From the human T2T-CHM13v2.0 reference genome, Homo sapiens, in assembly GCF_009914755.1 (NCBI RefSeq), contig NC_060936.1: a DNA stretch of 64,000 bases; one strand, 5' to 3'. The position numbers and the translations under genes were made by a program. Of this stretch, positions 63,266 through 64,000 are shown one piece after another. Position 1 is the first letter of the stretch; each line of letters starts with the position of its first letter. The notes under the pieces are model-generated. The model was given only the letters and a program-made list of their open reading frames with translations. It ran no database searches and was not told the DNA's origin.

Positions 63266-64000
63266 TATGCCAGTAAATTTGGTAACTTTGATAAAATTGA
63301 CAAATTCCGTGAAAGACTGAAGCTACCAAAGTTCAATCAAGCAGGAGTATATAACCTGAACAGCTCTCTATCTAGTAAAGAAAGTAAAGAAAATATCAAA
63401 CCAAGATGGTTTGGTAAACTATCAAACTTTTAAAGAAATACCATCTGTTCACAAATTCTTCTAGATGGAAGAAATACTTCTCAACTTATTTTGAGGCCAA
63501 CAATGCTCTGGTACCAAAACCAAAAAAAAAAAAAAAATTCTAAAATAATAAGAACTACAGACCAATGTAATCTGGTAAAGACAGACAAAAAGGCCTTTGC
63601 AAAATTTTAGCATAAAAAATGCAAAATATATAAAAAAGGACAATGACCAAAATGGGGTCTATCCCAGTAAAACACTTTGTTTAACCTTCAAATCAGTGAT
63701 TCATCATCTTTACAAAGGAGAAAAATATATAATCACCAATACATTAGTAAAAAGCATGACACAAACATAAACCCTCATGCCAATAAAACCCACAAAAAAA
63801 TTCTTAGCAAACTTAGAAGAGAATAGCCTTAATCTGATCAGAAAAACCCATATCTAACATCACATTTAGTGGTAAAAGAAATCAATCTTTTCCCCTGGGA
63901 CCAAGAATCAGGTAAGATGCTTTCACCATTTTTGCTCTCACCACTTCTATTCAGTATCTATCATACTGCCAGTCCAAGCCAGGACAATAAGGTAAGCATA

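Overview
Human (or very close great-ape) genomic DNA, rich in interspersed repeats, containing the 3' two-thirds of PAWR (Par-4, PRKC apoptosis WT1 regulator) on the minus strand. Coding exons 3-7 lie at 53740-53871, 46245-46279, 29181-29328, 26999-27103 and 25277-25363. They have GT-AG junctions and splice in frame into the C-terminal 168 aa (end of the SAC domain, coiled coil and leucine zipper). A ~7.7-kb 3' UTR with several AATAAA signals follows; the promoter and exons 1-2 lie beyond the right edge. Downstream of the gene, 1.7-13 kb is one full-length ancient L1 with preserved target-site duplications (TSDs) that has absorbed ~11 Alu/FLAM copies, a MaLR LTR and a CpG-rich LTR12 solo LTR pointing toward PAWR. 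The introns hold a near-complete fossil hAT (Charlie2-like) transposon, two twin-primed L1s, reused insertion sites, a locally templated Alu fragment and a degenerate ~59-bp array. I see no prokaryote-type system (no CRISPR, rRNA or tRNA) and no demonstrably new biological system. The best leads are inferences needing data: a candidate intron-4 exon giving a SAC-retaining, zipper-less Par-4, an adjacent kB/CTCF-like motif cluster, and the convergent LTR12 promoter. Repeat subfamily names and protein numbering come from recalled consensus or reference sequences, not a search; repeat boundaries without TSDs are approximate.
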